DNA of 62,370 nt, filler included, from a bacterium (lineage in GTDB: Bacteria; JAJRZV01), in assembly GCA_024275095.1 (NCBI GenBank). It is 5 parts of 5 records of this genome, joined end to end, with 100 filler letters (N's around TTAATTAATTAA, not from the genome) between each part and the next. Parts side by side here need not be neighbours in the genome. Positions count along the whole stretch, not along the records: positions 52,981 to 57,938 come from JAJRZV010000135.1; positions 58,039 to 62,370 come from JAJRZV010000022.1; 3 more parts are not named here. One strand, given 5' to 3'. Below, piece after piece: positions 53,109-62,370 of the stretch (position 1 is its first letter; each line of letters begins with the position of its first letter). The notes beneath the pieces are model-generated. The model was given only the letters and a program-made list of their open reading frames with translations. It had not been told where the DNA came from and did no database searches. The position numbers were made by a program, and so were the translations under genes.

Positions 53109-54767
53109 CTACCATGGAAAAAAGAGGCGCATTGCTGAAGAATAATCAAAAAGATTACCGAGATCCTCCGATTCCTGAAACAGATAGTCAAGGCCCGGTA
53201 CAATAAAACTCCCGAACCGAAGACTCAAAAATGCAAATACCTTGTTTACAGAATACAGGTCCGGGAAGTTGAAATCCTGATAAGAAGGACGCGTATCCTG
53301 ATCAAAACAAAAGCCCCCTACTGTAATCTCTGCCAGGTTCACCTTGAGGGCCCCGTTGAAAGAAGGATCCTGGAATCCTGTATAAACAAGTGTGTAATAA
53401 TCTGGAAGTGAAGAGGGGACGGAAATGCAATCATAAGGAATGGACAGTCCGGTCACTGTTTCCCCGTAGAAGGTAATCGAGTCAGGAAAGTGAGGGCTGT
53501 CTCCTGCGTTAATGTAAAAATCCCCGCTGAACTCGTCCTTTATCTCCCCTTCGATCATGAAGGAGATGTTTCCCAGAACAGGGTCCTTGTACCAGTAAGG
53601 CACAAGCTCCCGCAGCGGCTTGGGTTGAGGTGGATTGGGAAATCCGCCGGCGGTTGCAGGTCCTGCGAAAAACGCCATGGGCTGAATGGCGATAATATCC
53701 GGAACGGCTTCCTCTCCCATGGCCAGAAGAAAACCGTTGATTTCGCTGATGTGAAACCAGGTAAGAGCCTCTGCACTCTCCCCGCGCATGTGAGCGCTCA
53801 AGCGCAGCAAAAGATCGTTGGCCTGATCCAGAAGGTCCTGCGTCACCCAGTAGGGGATGTCAAAAGAATACGGCTGTACGGTATAGGGTTTCGCATAGAC
53901 CTCAACCTCTCCGTCAAAATTGATGCAAACAGTATCCCCGTAATCGAGTGTGCCATCCCCGTTATCGTAAAAGCGGACAAAGGAGCGCTTATCACGTCCT
54001 TCGCGTGAAAGCGTATCCACAAGAGAAGCCAGCTTCTCGCTGACATCCGCCATGCGTTCCGGGATGTTTTCAAACCGTGCTTTTTCCAGAGGATCAGGAT
54101 GCCAGTTGAGAAAATTCGGGCTCATCTCCATGAAATTACCGAGCGTGCGGAGAAGATAAATAAAACGATCCGTTCTGATAAGGGTGTAAAGGTCCATCAC
54201 AGAAGAAATATTGATACTGAGGTCATGCGAAAACATCAAATCCATCGCCGAGAGCAATGCACCGCTGAAAGCAGAAAATACAATGGACTCTGTTGCACCC
54301 ATCAGTCCTCGCAGGTGAACTGAAATGCTCACCGTGGAACCAAAATTTACCTGAAGAGGAAAATCCTCCACGTAGACACGGCACCCTTTTCGCCATACCA
54401 CATCCGATGATTCGTACATCATGCTCGCAAACTCTTCCACGGGTTCCAGAAGTTCGCGAAGAAACGTATCCACAATTTGGGAAATATCCAGCGCTGAAAT
54501 GTCTGATTGAATAATTGAAAACAGGTTGTTGATCGCGTTTATTTCCCTGGCTATACCCTGAAATCCAACCAGCTGACGCACAAGATGTGCCTCACACATC
54601 TGAGGATGCTTTTCAAGCACCTCCTTCACAAGTCGTTTTGCACCGTCCACATTCATTTCCTGAAGCTTGGTAAGGGCTTCCTGAAGGCGAGGGTCCAGCC
54701 CGCCGGATGAACACGATGCAACCACCACTCCCAGAACCACGAAGCAGACTTTAATCCTGAGCCGCAA
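53109..54767 (-). CDS. Uncharacterised lipoprotein, paralog of 14672-17161
   Basis: Probable TTG start at 54767, lipobox VAS-C; PLRELVPYW and FQDPSFNG motifs shared with the 14672 protein. Confidence 0.7.
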   Translation of the reverse strand: MRLRIKVCFVVLGVVVASCSSGGLDPRLQEALTKLQEMNVDGAKRLVKEVLEKHPQMCEAHLVRQLVGFQGIAREINAINNLFSIIQSDISALDISQIVDTFLRELLEPVEEFASMMYESSDVVWRKGCRVYVEDFPLQVNFGSTVSISVHLRGLMGATESIVFSAFSGALLSAMDLMFSHDLSINISSVMDLYTLIRTDRFIYLLRTLGNFMEMSPNFLNWHPDPLEKARFENIPERMADVSEKLASLVDTLSREGRDKRSFVRFYDNGDGTLDYGDTVCINFDGEVEVYAKPYTVQPYSFDIPYWVTQDLLDQANDLLLRLSAHMRGESAEALTWFHISEINGFLLAMGEEAVPDIIAIQPMAFFAGPATAGGFPNPPQPKPLRELVPYWYKDPVLGNISFMIEGEIKDEFSGDFYINAGDSPHFPDSITFYGETVTGLSIPYDCISVPSSLPDYYTLVYTGFQDPSFNGALKVNLAEITVGGFCFDQDTRPSYQDFNFPDLYSVNKVFAFLSLRFGSFIVPGLDYLFQESEDLGNLFDYSSAMRLFFPW

Positions 54768-55671
54768 GGGTGTTGAAAAATGAATCGAGAAATGTTGCAA
54801 ACTCCACCTTTTTAATAAGGAAAAAAGAATTCTTCTTTTTTCCCGGCTCTTCAAAAATTGTTTTTCCACGCTGGTCCCCACCTACAATTATATCGCCATA
54901 GACCTCCTCCTTCCATACGCAAGAAGGATTCAATGCACAAAATATTGCAAGTGGATCATGAAGGTGAAATACGCGTTTTCCCAGGAGCCTTTCGTGGAAA
55001 GAAACGTAATGGTAAAGGAGGTCACGATAAAAACGATGGTCTTCTGCTGGAACGCGCCTGTAAAACGTACTTTCTTCCACTGTTATCCGGGAGGTCACAT
55101 CGAGGGGAAGCACCACGAGAGAAGCCCTGCTTCGAAAAAGCACGCGTACAGCCATCGGATCAAAATACGCGTTGAACTCCGCCCAGGGGGTCACATTGCC
55201 CGGGCCCGAAGCACCGCCCATCCACACAATTTGACCCGCCCTGGCAAGAATGCCAGGACATGTTTGTTCGGCTCGAGCCAGGTTGGTGGCCGGCCCAGTT
55301 GCCATTATCAAGAGGTCGGAACCATATCTCTCCACTGTCTGAATGAGAAAAGAAGAAGCATCCGCACTGTGAACACCTGGTGCATCCATTTCATTCACTC
55401 TTAACCGTCCCAGTCCTTCGGGACCGTGAACATGTTCTGCATTTTCGACCGGAGGAGAAAGGGGGCCCCGGAGATCGGAAGCAACAGGGATCGACGCCTT
55501 GCCTGCTCGCCTGAGAATAAACACAGCATTTTTCGCTGCGCGCCGAGGCGAAGTGTTTCCGCCCGTGGTTGTAACACCCACTAACCGGGGAGCACCCCTG
55601 TATCGACAAAGATAGAGGATGGCAAGCGCATCGTCCACACCAGGATCACAATCGAGAATCACAAACTTCAC
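54751..55671 (-). CDS. Inosine/uridine-preferring nucleoside hydrolase family
   Basis: DCDPGVDDA, VHG.EGLG, TGP.TN, MGG, GNVTP.AEFN...DP, LHDP. Confidence 0.93.
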   Translation of the reverse strand: MKFVILDCDPGVDDALAILYLCRYRGAPRLVGVTTTGGNTSPRRAAKNAVFILRRAGKASIPVASDLRGPLSPPVENAEHVHGPEGLGRLRVNEMDAPGVHSADASSFLIQTVERYGSDLLIMATGPATNLARAEQTCPGILARAGQIVWMGGASGPGNVTPWAEFNAYFDPMAVRVLFRSRASLVVLPLDVTSRITVEESTFYRRVPAEDHRFYRDLLYHYVSFHERLLGKRVFHLHDPLAIFCALNPSCVWKEEVYGDIIVGGDQRGKTIFEEPGKKKNSFFLIKKVEFATFLDSFFNTLAAQD

Positions 55672-56555
55672 CAGCCCATCCTGAAAAGATTTTCTTTATC
55701 CAGGCGCCACAGGCCCGCCTCTTTGGCATAACGAATGGCCTCTTTATACTCATCACCCGTAATGCGCCGGGCAATCTCCTGGTAATTGCCTGCACGATAA
55801 AGGGGTCTGTACTGGTCCATAATGTTGATGTAGGTGTCGCGTGAAATTTCTTCTGCAATGAAGCGCAATATTTCACGCGTCTCATCAAGATGGCCTGGCA
55901 TAACCAGATGGCGCACTAAGAGACCTCTTACAGCAATCCCTTTTCTGTCGAGAACAAGATCACCAACCTGATTGTGCATTTCCTTCAATGCAGCACGTGC
56001 AACTGATGGATAGTCAGGAGCAATCGAATACTTGAGGGCCGTCTCCTCCTTCCAGTACTTAAAATCGGGCATGTATATATCCACCAATCCTTCAAGTATT
56101 TTCAGGGTCTCAACACTGTCATATCCGCCCGTGTTGTACACGATGGGTATCTTCAAGCCCTTTTCACGTGCTCGGATGATTGCTTCTGCCACGGAATGGG
56201 CCACATGCGTGGGTGTGACAAAATTGATGTTGTGGCAACCCCTTGCTTGAAGAAACATCATCATTTCAACGAGTTCCTCTACCGACACTTCGTATCCATG
56301 CCCCTGCTGGGAAATGTCATGGTTCTGACAGAACACGCATTTCAAATTGCAGTAAGCAAAAAATATGGTGCCAGACCCACCCCTGCCCACCAGGGGTGCT
56401 TCCTCCCCGAAATGCGGACCATAACTGGCAACGCGAGGGTTCAGGCCTGTCTTGCAGATGCCTTTCTGGCCCGCGCTGCGTTCCACCTCGCACCGGCGCG
56501 GGCACAGGCGACAGGGAGAAGCCAAACGATAGATTTTTCTGATTCGCTCTTCCAT
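55668..56555 (-). CDS. PflX-like radical SAM protein
   Basis: CRLCPRRC, HFGEE, GSGTIFF..CNLKCVFCQN, NINFVTP, DIYMPDFKY, VRHLVMP, QYRP. Confidence 0.9.
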   Translation of the reverse strand: MEERIRKIYRLASPCRLCPRRCEVERSAGQKGICKTGLNPRVASYGPHFGEEAPLVGRGGSGTIFFAYCNLKCVFCQNHDISQQGHGYEVSVEELVEMMMFLQARGCHNINFVTPTHVAHSVAEAIIRAREKGLKIPIVYNTGGYDSVETLKILEGLVDIYMPDFKYWKEETALKYSIAPDYPSVARAALKEMHNQVGDLVLDRKGIAVRGLLVRHLVMPGHLDETREILRFIAEEISRDTYINIMDQYRPLYRAGNYQEIARRITGDEYKEAIRYAKEAGLWRLDKENLFRMGW

Positions 56556-56685
56556 TTTTAATTCACAAAACCCTCCTTCTTACTCCCCGGGTGTGAGGTA
56601 AATCACATTTTACCCTGATGCCTGTTGGTATTATAATAATACGCAGCTCGAGGGAGTGTCTGTAAATATTACCGGAGGTGACGGA

Positions 56686-57938
56686 ATGAACAGAATGAAA
56701 CATTTTTGTGTGTTTCCCGTATTAATCATTGCAGGAGTAATTATAAGCGTTTTTCAGGGATGTTCGTGTTCAGGAGGCTCCGGCCGCGCAAACCTTTTGC
56801 CTCCTCCTGCCAATCTCACCGTCACGTTAACAAACAATAACAAAGTTTCCCTTTCATGGGATGCGCTTGAAGGGTTTACGGACATCTCCTACGTGGTGGC
56901 AAAAGGAACAAGTTCACAGGAGGTATCTCCTATCGGCGTTACCGTAGCAACCTCATACTTAGATGAAGATGTACAAGCTGGCAATACGTATTACTATGCG
57001 GTGGCTGCCCAGAATGCAAAGGGCAATACAGGCCAATTCACGGAACCGGTCAGCATCACCATTCCTTTACCCTCAACTCCGCCCAACACATATACTGAAT
57101 GTACACCAGGCGACACGCAACCCTGTGGTTACTCAACCGGGGAATGTGAACAGGGCACGCAGACCTGCCAGAGTGACGGCACCTGGGGTGCATGCGTGGG
57201 CGCGGTGTGGCCGACTGCTGAAGTCTGCGACGGCCTGGACAACGACTGCGACGGCTACATTGATGAAGGCTTAGATGCGTGTTATTGCAGAAGCATTTCG
57301 GACGCTCTTGTACTTCTGGACAGCACTCCTCCTGAAAATGTTACCCTCACGGCGGGCACTGTCGACTTCTCCTATACCATCGGCTACCATCTCGTGGCCA
57401 CCAGCACAACCGAGGTCACAGCCGTGATTTACGACTCCTTTCTCAACAAGGTCACTTCCGTGGGAGCAATCCAGATTTCCGCTGGCTGCGGTACTGCTGT
57501 GTTGAACTTCTCTTACAATGTAACATCAGGGATGACCGCTGTCGGCGCCGCTGCGGAAATGGACATCCCTTCAGGTGTATTCAAGGACGGGAACTTTTAT
57601 CCGGTCGAGAGCACCACGACAAGTTACGTAACATTGCTCACGGCCTCACCAGCGAATCATTCCCTTGTTGATGCCACGCCGTTTGTGAACACTGTCACCG
57701 GAAGGGCTTACACCTCCATCTCATCGTCGATCATCACGCGTGTGGACATGCTTTCATATTCCAACAATTCCAACGAAACAGACTCCACGAACACCTGGAT
57801 TCTCACGGGCTCATCTCAGGTCTTCACACTGGCAACGAACTTCCCTCTTTCGTGTACAACGTATCAAATTCACACCCTCGTAACCATTGAAAATCCCTCC
57901 GATAGTACACAAATGCTCGACGGCTTTCACCTGGCTTA
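56686..57938 (+). CDS. Lipoprotein: Fn3 + Cys-rich CDGLDNDCDG motif, paralog of 22019-23968; truncated by contig end
   Basis: GGAGGT RBS, lipobox FQG-C, YYYAVAA Fn3, CTPGDTQPC...EVCDGLDNDCDGYIDE. Confidence 0.75.
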
Positions 57939-58038
57939 NNNNNNNNNNNNNNNNNNNNNNNNNNNNNNNNNNNNNNNNNNNNTTAATTAATTAANNNNNN
58001 NNNNNNNNNNNNNNNNNNNNNNNNNNNNNNNNNNNNNN
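57939..58038. other. Artificial contig linker
   Basis: N-run with TTAATTAATTAA. Confidence 0.99.
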
Positions 58039-58169
58039 ACGTGGTTTTACTTAGCCTGATAGGAGGGCGTTAGTCTAAAAACAAGAAACTCACTGATTGA
58101 GAATTGGAGAAAATTCGCTTGGAATTCAGGCCTTTAAGCCCTGTTTTACGTGCTTATGGGATGACTGTG
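58039..58169. mobile_element. Probable end of an insertion sequence truncating the PHP-ATPase gene
   Basis: Coiled-coil coding pattern stops abruptly at ...DQATQM and is replaced by CACAGTCATCCCATAAG...; contig breaks 130 nt later. Confidence 0.35.
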
Positions 58170-60008
58170 CATTTGTGTCGCCTGATCCACGCTTTCACGA
58201 AGCTTACGGAATTCATCTGGTCGGATCGCCCGTGCTCCCGATTCCCTCAACTGCTCGGCCAGCTTCCTTTCGATTTTAGCGAATTCTTCCTTGAGACTGT
58301 CCTTGAGCTCTTCAAATTCCTCAGCTTTCTTCTTAAGCTCAATCAGGGCCTGCTTACCTTCCGAGAACGCCTCTTTAACCTTAACAGAGGATGCAATTAA
58401 CTTATCATAAAGGGAAAAAAAGTCGTAGAAAAACTCCTTATTCTGTTTTGACGTGTAAACCCGTTGGTTTTTCAAATCATCTTCATATTGATCAATAAAC
58501 GCCTCCAATTTTTTAAGATAATACTTGGCAAAAGAGACAACCTGGGAGCACTTTCTGGAATCGGCGTCAAAATCCACCTGCTTTTGCAGCTTCTCTTCCA
58601 CTCCGTGATCTTTGTAAAACTTCAGCCTGAATTCCGCGTCCCGTTTTTTGTCCTCGCACTCCTTTTTCTTCTCTTCAGTGCTTGAGAGTTCCTTTAATTT
58701 ATCAACGCGTTCAGCGACTTTTTGACGTTGCGCGTCAATGCGTGAACGAACCCCGGACAGTTTCTCGCCGACCAATTTTTCCACCAGGTCCTTTTCAAAT
58801 CCCTCACCGGTAGCGGAGAGATCTTTTTGACCGAAATAGATGGGCTTGTGCAGAATGGTTTCCCGAATGGAAATACCGGGTTGGACCACGCCATCAATGT
58901 ACACATCCGGCGTTTCCCTGTTGATACGCCGGATTTCATAGCGCTGTCCCCGCCGGTCAACAGCCCGGACTGTCACCTTCCCACCGCTGCCCAAAACATG
59001 GTCAACAAGACAAATCTTGTACTCGGTGTCCAGCGCCTTATCCCCAAAGGGAATATCCAAGGCATAGCGAATCACCTCCAGAATGGATGATTTGCCACTG
59101 CCCCGGATGCCAACGAGAGTATTCAGTTCCGGTGAAAGGTTGATCGTTTCGCCATTCAGTACACCGCCATCAAAAGACACACTCAGGATATGTGAATGTT
59201 TATGTTTTTTGGGTTCGGCGGCCACGCGGTTCACATGGTCCAGAAGGACGTACTTGACCGCCTCAAAGGTGAAATCACCCATTTTCAGAAAATAGGGTTT
59301 CCCTTGTCCGATCTGGTCGATAGCCTTGGGGTCTGAGCCTTCAACCTCTGCTGGGTACCATGAACCAAGCCACTGTTGCACTTTGTCTCTCAAGTTCCTT
59401 GTGCGTACTTTCTGAAACCCAAGCGTTTTATTACGTACTATCATGTACCGGTCATCTTGCCAATCACTCAGTTTCCCTCCCTTCATTTCTTCCCATAGCC
59501 CTTTGGGTTCTTCAACATGGGCAAATATCAGGAAGAAATCACGGGAAACCTTTTCCAGTTCAGCGACTACCTGAAGAAGATTCTTGTCACTCCGGAAATT
59601 TCCATTCTAATACTGCTCAGGGGTTTTGCCGGAAAACATGGCGGTGATAAAGGGCGTAATATAATTCTGCCCGTTTTCCAACCATTGATCGTTGAAAACG
59701 ACAATGGTGTGGACACCGTTTGCTCCGTCATTGATAAAAAGTTCCACCCCAGGAAGCAGAAAAATTCCATTTTTCCGCGCTGTTTTTCGTAACGCCTTGA
59801 ATTCATCCCAATCGAACTTGTTGTGGTTGGTTATAACCCCGGCTCCAATTCCAGCGGACTTCAGCGCATCGACATAGCCCGAATAGTAATAGTTATCATC
59901 ACCCGTATATGAAAACTCCTTGTCTGCCCTGGTGTGCAGGTGAAAATCTGTTCGCAGCCATCGGCTGCCGTGGGGAAAAAACTTGCCCGATTCAGTTGTT
60001 GAGGACAT
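58146..60008 (-). pseudogene. PHP-domain + ABC/SMC-like ATPase (TrlF/Ppl-like defence protein); in-frame TAG at 59607-59609, C-terminally truncated
   Basis: DFHLHT, ITNHN, LPGVE, H..VVF, FAHVE, GSD PHP motifs; Walker A GIRGSGKSS; both ORFs share a frame with 40 stop-free codons between; no ABC signature or Walker B before the end. Confidence 0.8.
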
Positions 60009-60028
60009 CAGGATAACTCCTTATTAAG

Positions 60029-60077
60029 TTGCCAGTAAGGAGGTCTTGCATCAGGTCGGTTTTGAGGTCGCGAAGTT
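60029..60077. repeat. Direct repeat copy 1 of the hsdS conserved C-terminal helix (LKTxLMQDLLTG)
   Basis: 43/49 nt identical by hand alignment to 60752-60800. Confidence 0.85.
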
Positions 60078-60105
60078 CTTTTAATCTTATAAGAATTGTA
60101 GCTTT

Positions 60106-60984
60106 TCATGTAGTCGCCTCCTTCTTATTCTGTGGTGAGTTATGCGGTATAAATTGCTTTTCCCGCATCCACTGTAATGCGCTTAACCACCTTTCTTCAG
60201 GAATTCTTCTTTTCGATTTATGCCAGTTTTCCAGGACCTAATGCAAGATTTTCTCATCTGTAACCGAACTGTCCTGTTTAATAAGATCATTCCAGGCACT
60301 ATAGAGCGTCGCAACGATTTCGCATTGTTCAGTATCTAATTTTTGGAAGGCAGTAATAATTCTTCTAAATGTATCTTTTATAGCAGCGAAATAGCGGTCA
60401 AAGTATTGGGCGTGTCCACCTGATTTCTCCAGAGGAATATAGGTGTAGCGACCGTCAATTTTTTGAGCCTCAAACCATTTCTGTTTTTTCATTTGGCTGT
60501 CGATAGAACGCAGAGCGCGGTTATCGTAAGGTCCGGCAGCTTGTCGATAATAAATTGAACCAGTATCTACTTTACACATATGTTCAGTAAGAAAAATCAG
60601 TTTTTCAAATTTTACATGCCCGAAGGTGGGCTCTTTATGAAGACGATATACGATTTCCGCGGCTAAGACACACCGTTTAAAATGAACGTTTGCCTTAGGA
60701 GTAGCCTCTGCATTTTTATTATCTTCATCCAACAACGCCGTCACCCTCACCTTGCCGGTAAGCAGGTCTTGCATCAGGGCGGTTTTGAGGGAGCGGAGTT
60801 TTATTAATTTGCTTTCTTCGTCTGTTATAGCCTTAACAACCAGGTTAATCCTACTGGCAATCTGTTCCTGTTCATCTTTACTATTTGGCATCTTTATTGG
60901 CGTTTTTCGGATCGATGCTAATGAAAGGTTCTTAATCGTAGATCCAGTCATTTCATATTGATAAAAGTGCTTAACTCGCTCTGT
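60106..60984 (-). pseudogene. hsdS: Type I restriction specificity subunit HsdS, 3' part with extra C-terminal domain; 5' interrupted by IS21; in-frame TAG at 60238-60240
   Basis: TGSTIKNLS...P...EQEQIA...LKTALMQDLLTGKVRV; frame open up to the IS junction; after TAG the frame continues 43 codons (VLENWHKSK...QWMREK) to TGA 60106. Confidence 0.8.
60752..60800. repeat. Direct repeat copy 2 (within hsdS)
   Basis: TTGCCGGTAAGCAGGTCTTGCATCAGGGCGGTTTTGAGG matches the 60029 copy. Confidence 0.85.
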
Positions 60985-60985
60985 C

Positions 60986-62370
60986 TGTTACGTCCCACCG
61001 ACAGGAGACCGCTTTTAGGGGAGTAAATCCCACCTAAACGAGACCGGTTTGAGGGAACCTAATCCCAGCAACCCGAGACCGGTATATCGGGTTTCAATCC
61101 CAGCAAAGCGAGACCACCTGAGAGAACTGTTATGATGTCTTTTTTGAATTAAAAAGGGAGGCATTAATTACAGAGAAGAACAGGAGGCGCTTCATGGATA
61201 GGAAGATAGTAGAACAGCTGGTGACAGGGAAGAGTTTTAATGGTGTATGCCGGGACCTGAAGGTGGGAAGGAATCGGGTATCACATATACGGGAGCTGGC
61301 CCGGGAGTATGGTTATCTTGAGGGAAGCAGAGCAATCCCTGTATATCCTGAGGCGTTATTCCCGGACCCCGAAGATGGGCGGACAACGCAGGAATCAGAA
61401 GCAGACAAGCAGTTACAGGGACAGAGGAGCTGGATAGAAGAACGACTGCTGGCCGGTTGGCAGCCAATCAGCATATATGAGGAACTACGGGTAAGTGTAG
61501 GCCGGTCAAGCTTTTACCGGTTTCTGCACCGGCATAAGCTGACAGGTCTGGGAGAAGAGGCGAGGAGGAAGGTAATTGCAGAGATTATCCATGCCCCTGG
61601 AGAGGCGTTTCTAATAGATTGGGGGAAGCTCAGGACCGTAATAGACCCGGAAACAGGCAGGAAGCGGATACTCTGGGCCTTTGTGGGGATAATGGGGCAC
61701 TCACGGTACATGATAGTGCGTCTGGTATGGACACAGGATGTAAGTACAACCCTGAAAGTTCTTGAAGATATGCTCAGAGAACTGGACGGGGTACCCAGGA
61801 AAATAGTTTCAGACAATCCAAAATGCTTTGCTCTTGAGGCCTCCAGGTATGAACCCCTGCTAAACCCTGTATATGAAAGGTTTGCGGCCCATTACGGAAC
61901 CCAGATCGAATGTCTTCCACCCCGAACTCCGGAGTTGAAGGGTAAGGTGGAAAGGATGATGCCCTTTGTGCGGAGATTATACCAGGGGCATGGGGACAAG
62001 TGGGAAGGGATAAGCGAATCACAGGAGTATATAAACAGAAAGGTAGCAATAGCCAATGAACGGATACATGGCACCACGCGTAAAAAACCTGTTGATGTAT
62101 TTTCAGAAGAAACAGCGGTATTAAAATCTTTACCTGCCATAGCCTATGAAATAGAAGAGTTTCACGAGGGCAAGGTCAGGAAAGACGGCCATGTCCGGTT
62201 CCGCAACAAATACTACTCCGTAAGGGAGAGTTACTGTGGCCGGAAGGTGATAGTAATAGGAAATAGCAGGCAGGTATCAATCTATCATAAGGGCAACCTG
62301 ATAGAAGTCCATACCCGGATTACTGATCCGTATATATCCAGAAGCACGAAGGAATGTCACAAGGCCCCCT
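60986..62370 (+). mobile_element. IS21-family insertion sequence (left end + istA, runs off window)
   Basis: Starts TGTTACGTCCCACC; four TCCCA-N7-GAGACC repeats at 35-nt period; IstA-type transposase follows. Confidence 0.9.
61194..62370 (+). CDS. istA: IS21 transposase IstA (partial; absent from the ORF track because no stop falls in the window)
   Basis: Manual translation: AGGAGG RBS, MDRKIVEQL...PGEAFLIDWG...GHSRY...GVPRKIVSDNPK...PELKGKVER...RIHGTT...VRKDGHVRFRNKYYSV. Confidence 0.92.
   Translation, partial: MDRKIVEQLVTGKSFNGVCRDLKVGRNRVSHIRELAREYGYLEGSRAIPVYPEALFPDPEDGRTTQESEADKQLQGQRSWIEERLLAGWQPISIYEELRVSVGRSSFYRFLHRHKLTGLGEEARRKVIAEIIHAPGEAFLIDWGKLRTVIDPETGRKRILWAFVGIMGHSRYMIVRLVWTQDVSTTLKVLEDMLRELDGVPRKIVSDNPKCFALEASRYEPLLNPVYERFAAHYGTQIECLPPRTPELKGKVERMMPFVRRLYQGHGDKWEGISESQEYINRKVAIANERIHGTTRKKPVDVFSEETAVLKSLPAIAYEIEEFHEGKVRKDGHVRFRNKYYSVRESYCGRKVIVIGNSRQVSIYHKGNLIEVHTRITDPYISRSTKECHKAP

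Noticed and set aside
54768-54881. N-terminal 38 codons of the 590-aa ORF
   Set aside because: Overlaps the nucleoside hydrolase gene; the signal peptide and lipobox begin near TTG 54767.
60991-61120. 35-nt periodic repeats as a mini-CRISPR
   Set aside because: Period too short, repeats degenerate internally, no cas genes, and they lie at an IS21 terminus where such boxes are expected.

Overview
The window is five unrelated contigs of a draft or metagenome-assembled bacterial genome, joined by artificial 100-nt N/TTAATTAATTAA linkers. Gene content looks deltaproteobacterial/Myxococcota-like (inference). Contig 1 (1-24366): ftsH-folP-cdaA-cdaR, an orphan ABC ATPase, a very acidic LysM protein, a GntR/GMC-oxidoreductase/acyl-CoA dehydrogenase/SDR block, trpBA and a ~10 kb operon of large Cys-rich surface lipoproteins. 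Contig 2: dksA-like, XRE, rpsU-yqeY-nif3-dnaG-rpoD and guaB-guaA. Contig 3: mostly housekeeping (purA, pyrF, rlmB, anmK, trxB, proB, prmA) plus a DUF4388 pair and an orphan FliG-C-like protein. Contig 4: radical SAM, nucleoside hydrolase and two lipoproteins paralogous to those on contig 1. Contig 5: a damaged type I restriction/defence locus (hsdS with an extra C-terminal domain, a PHP-ATPase) hit by an IS21. The most striking signal is three separate genes (proB, the PHP-ATPase, hsdS), each split by one in-frame TAG at a probable Glu position, with no internal TAA/TGA noticed in any recognisable gene. This could be amber readthrough/recoding or coincidental nonsense mutations, since TAG also ends four genes normally.
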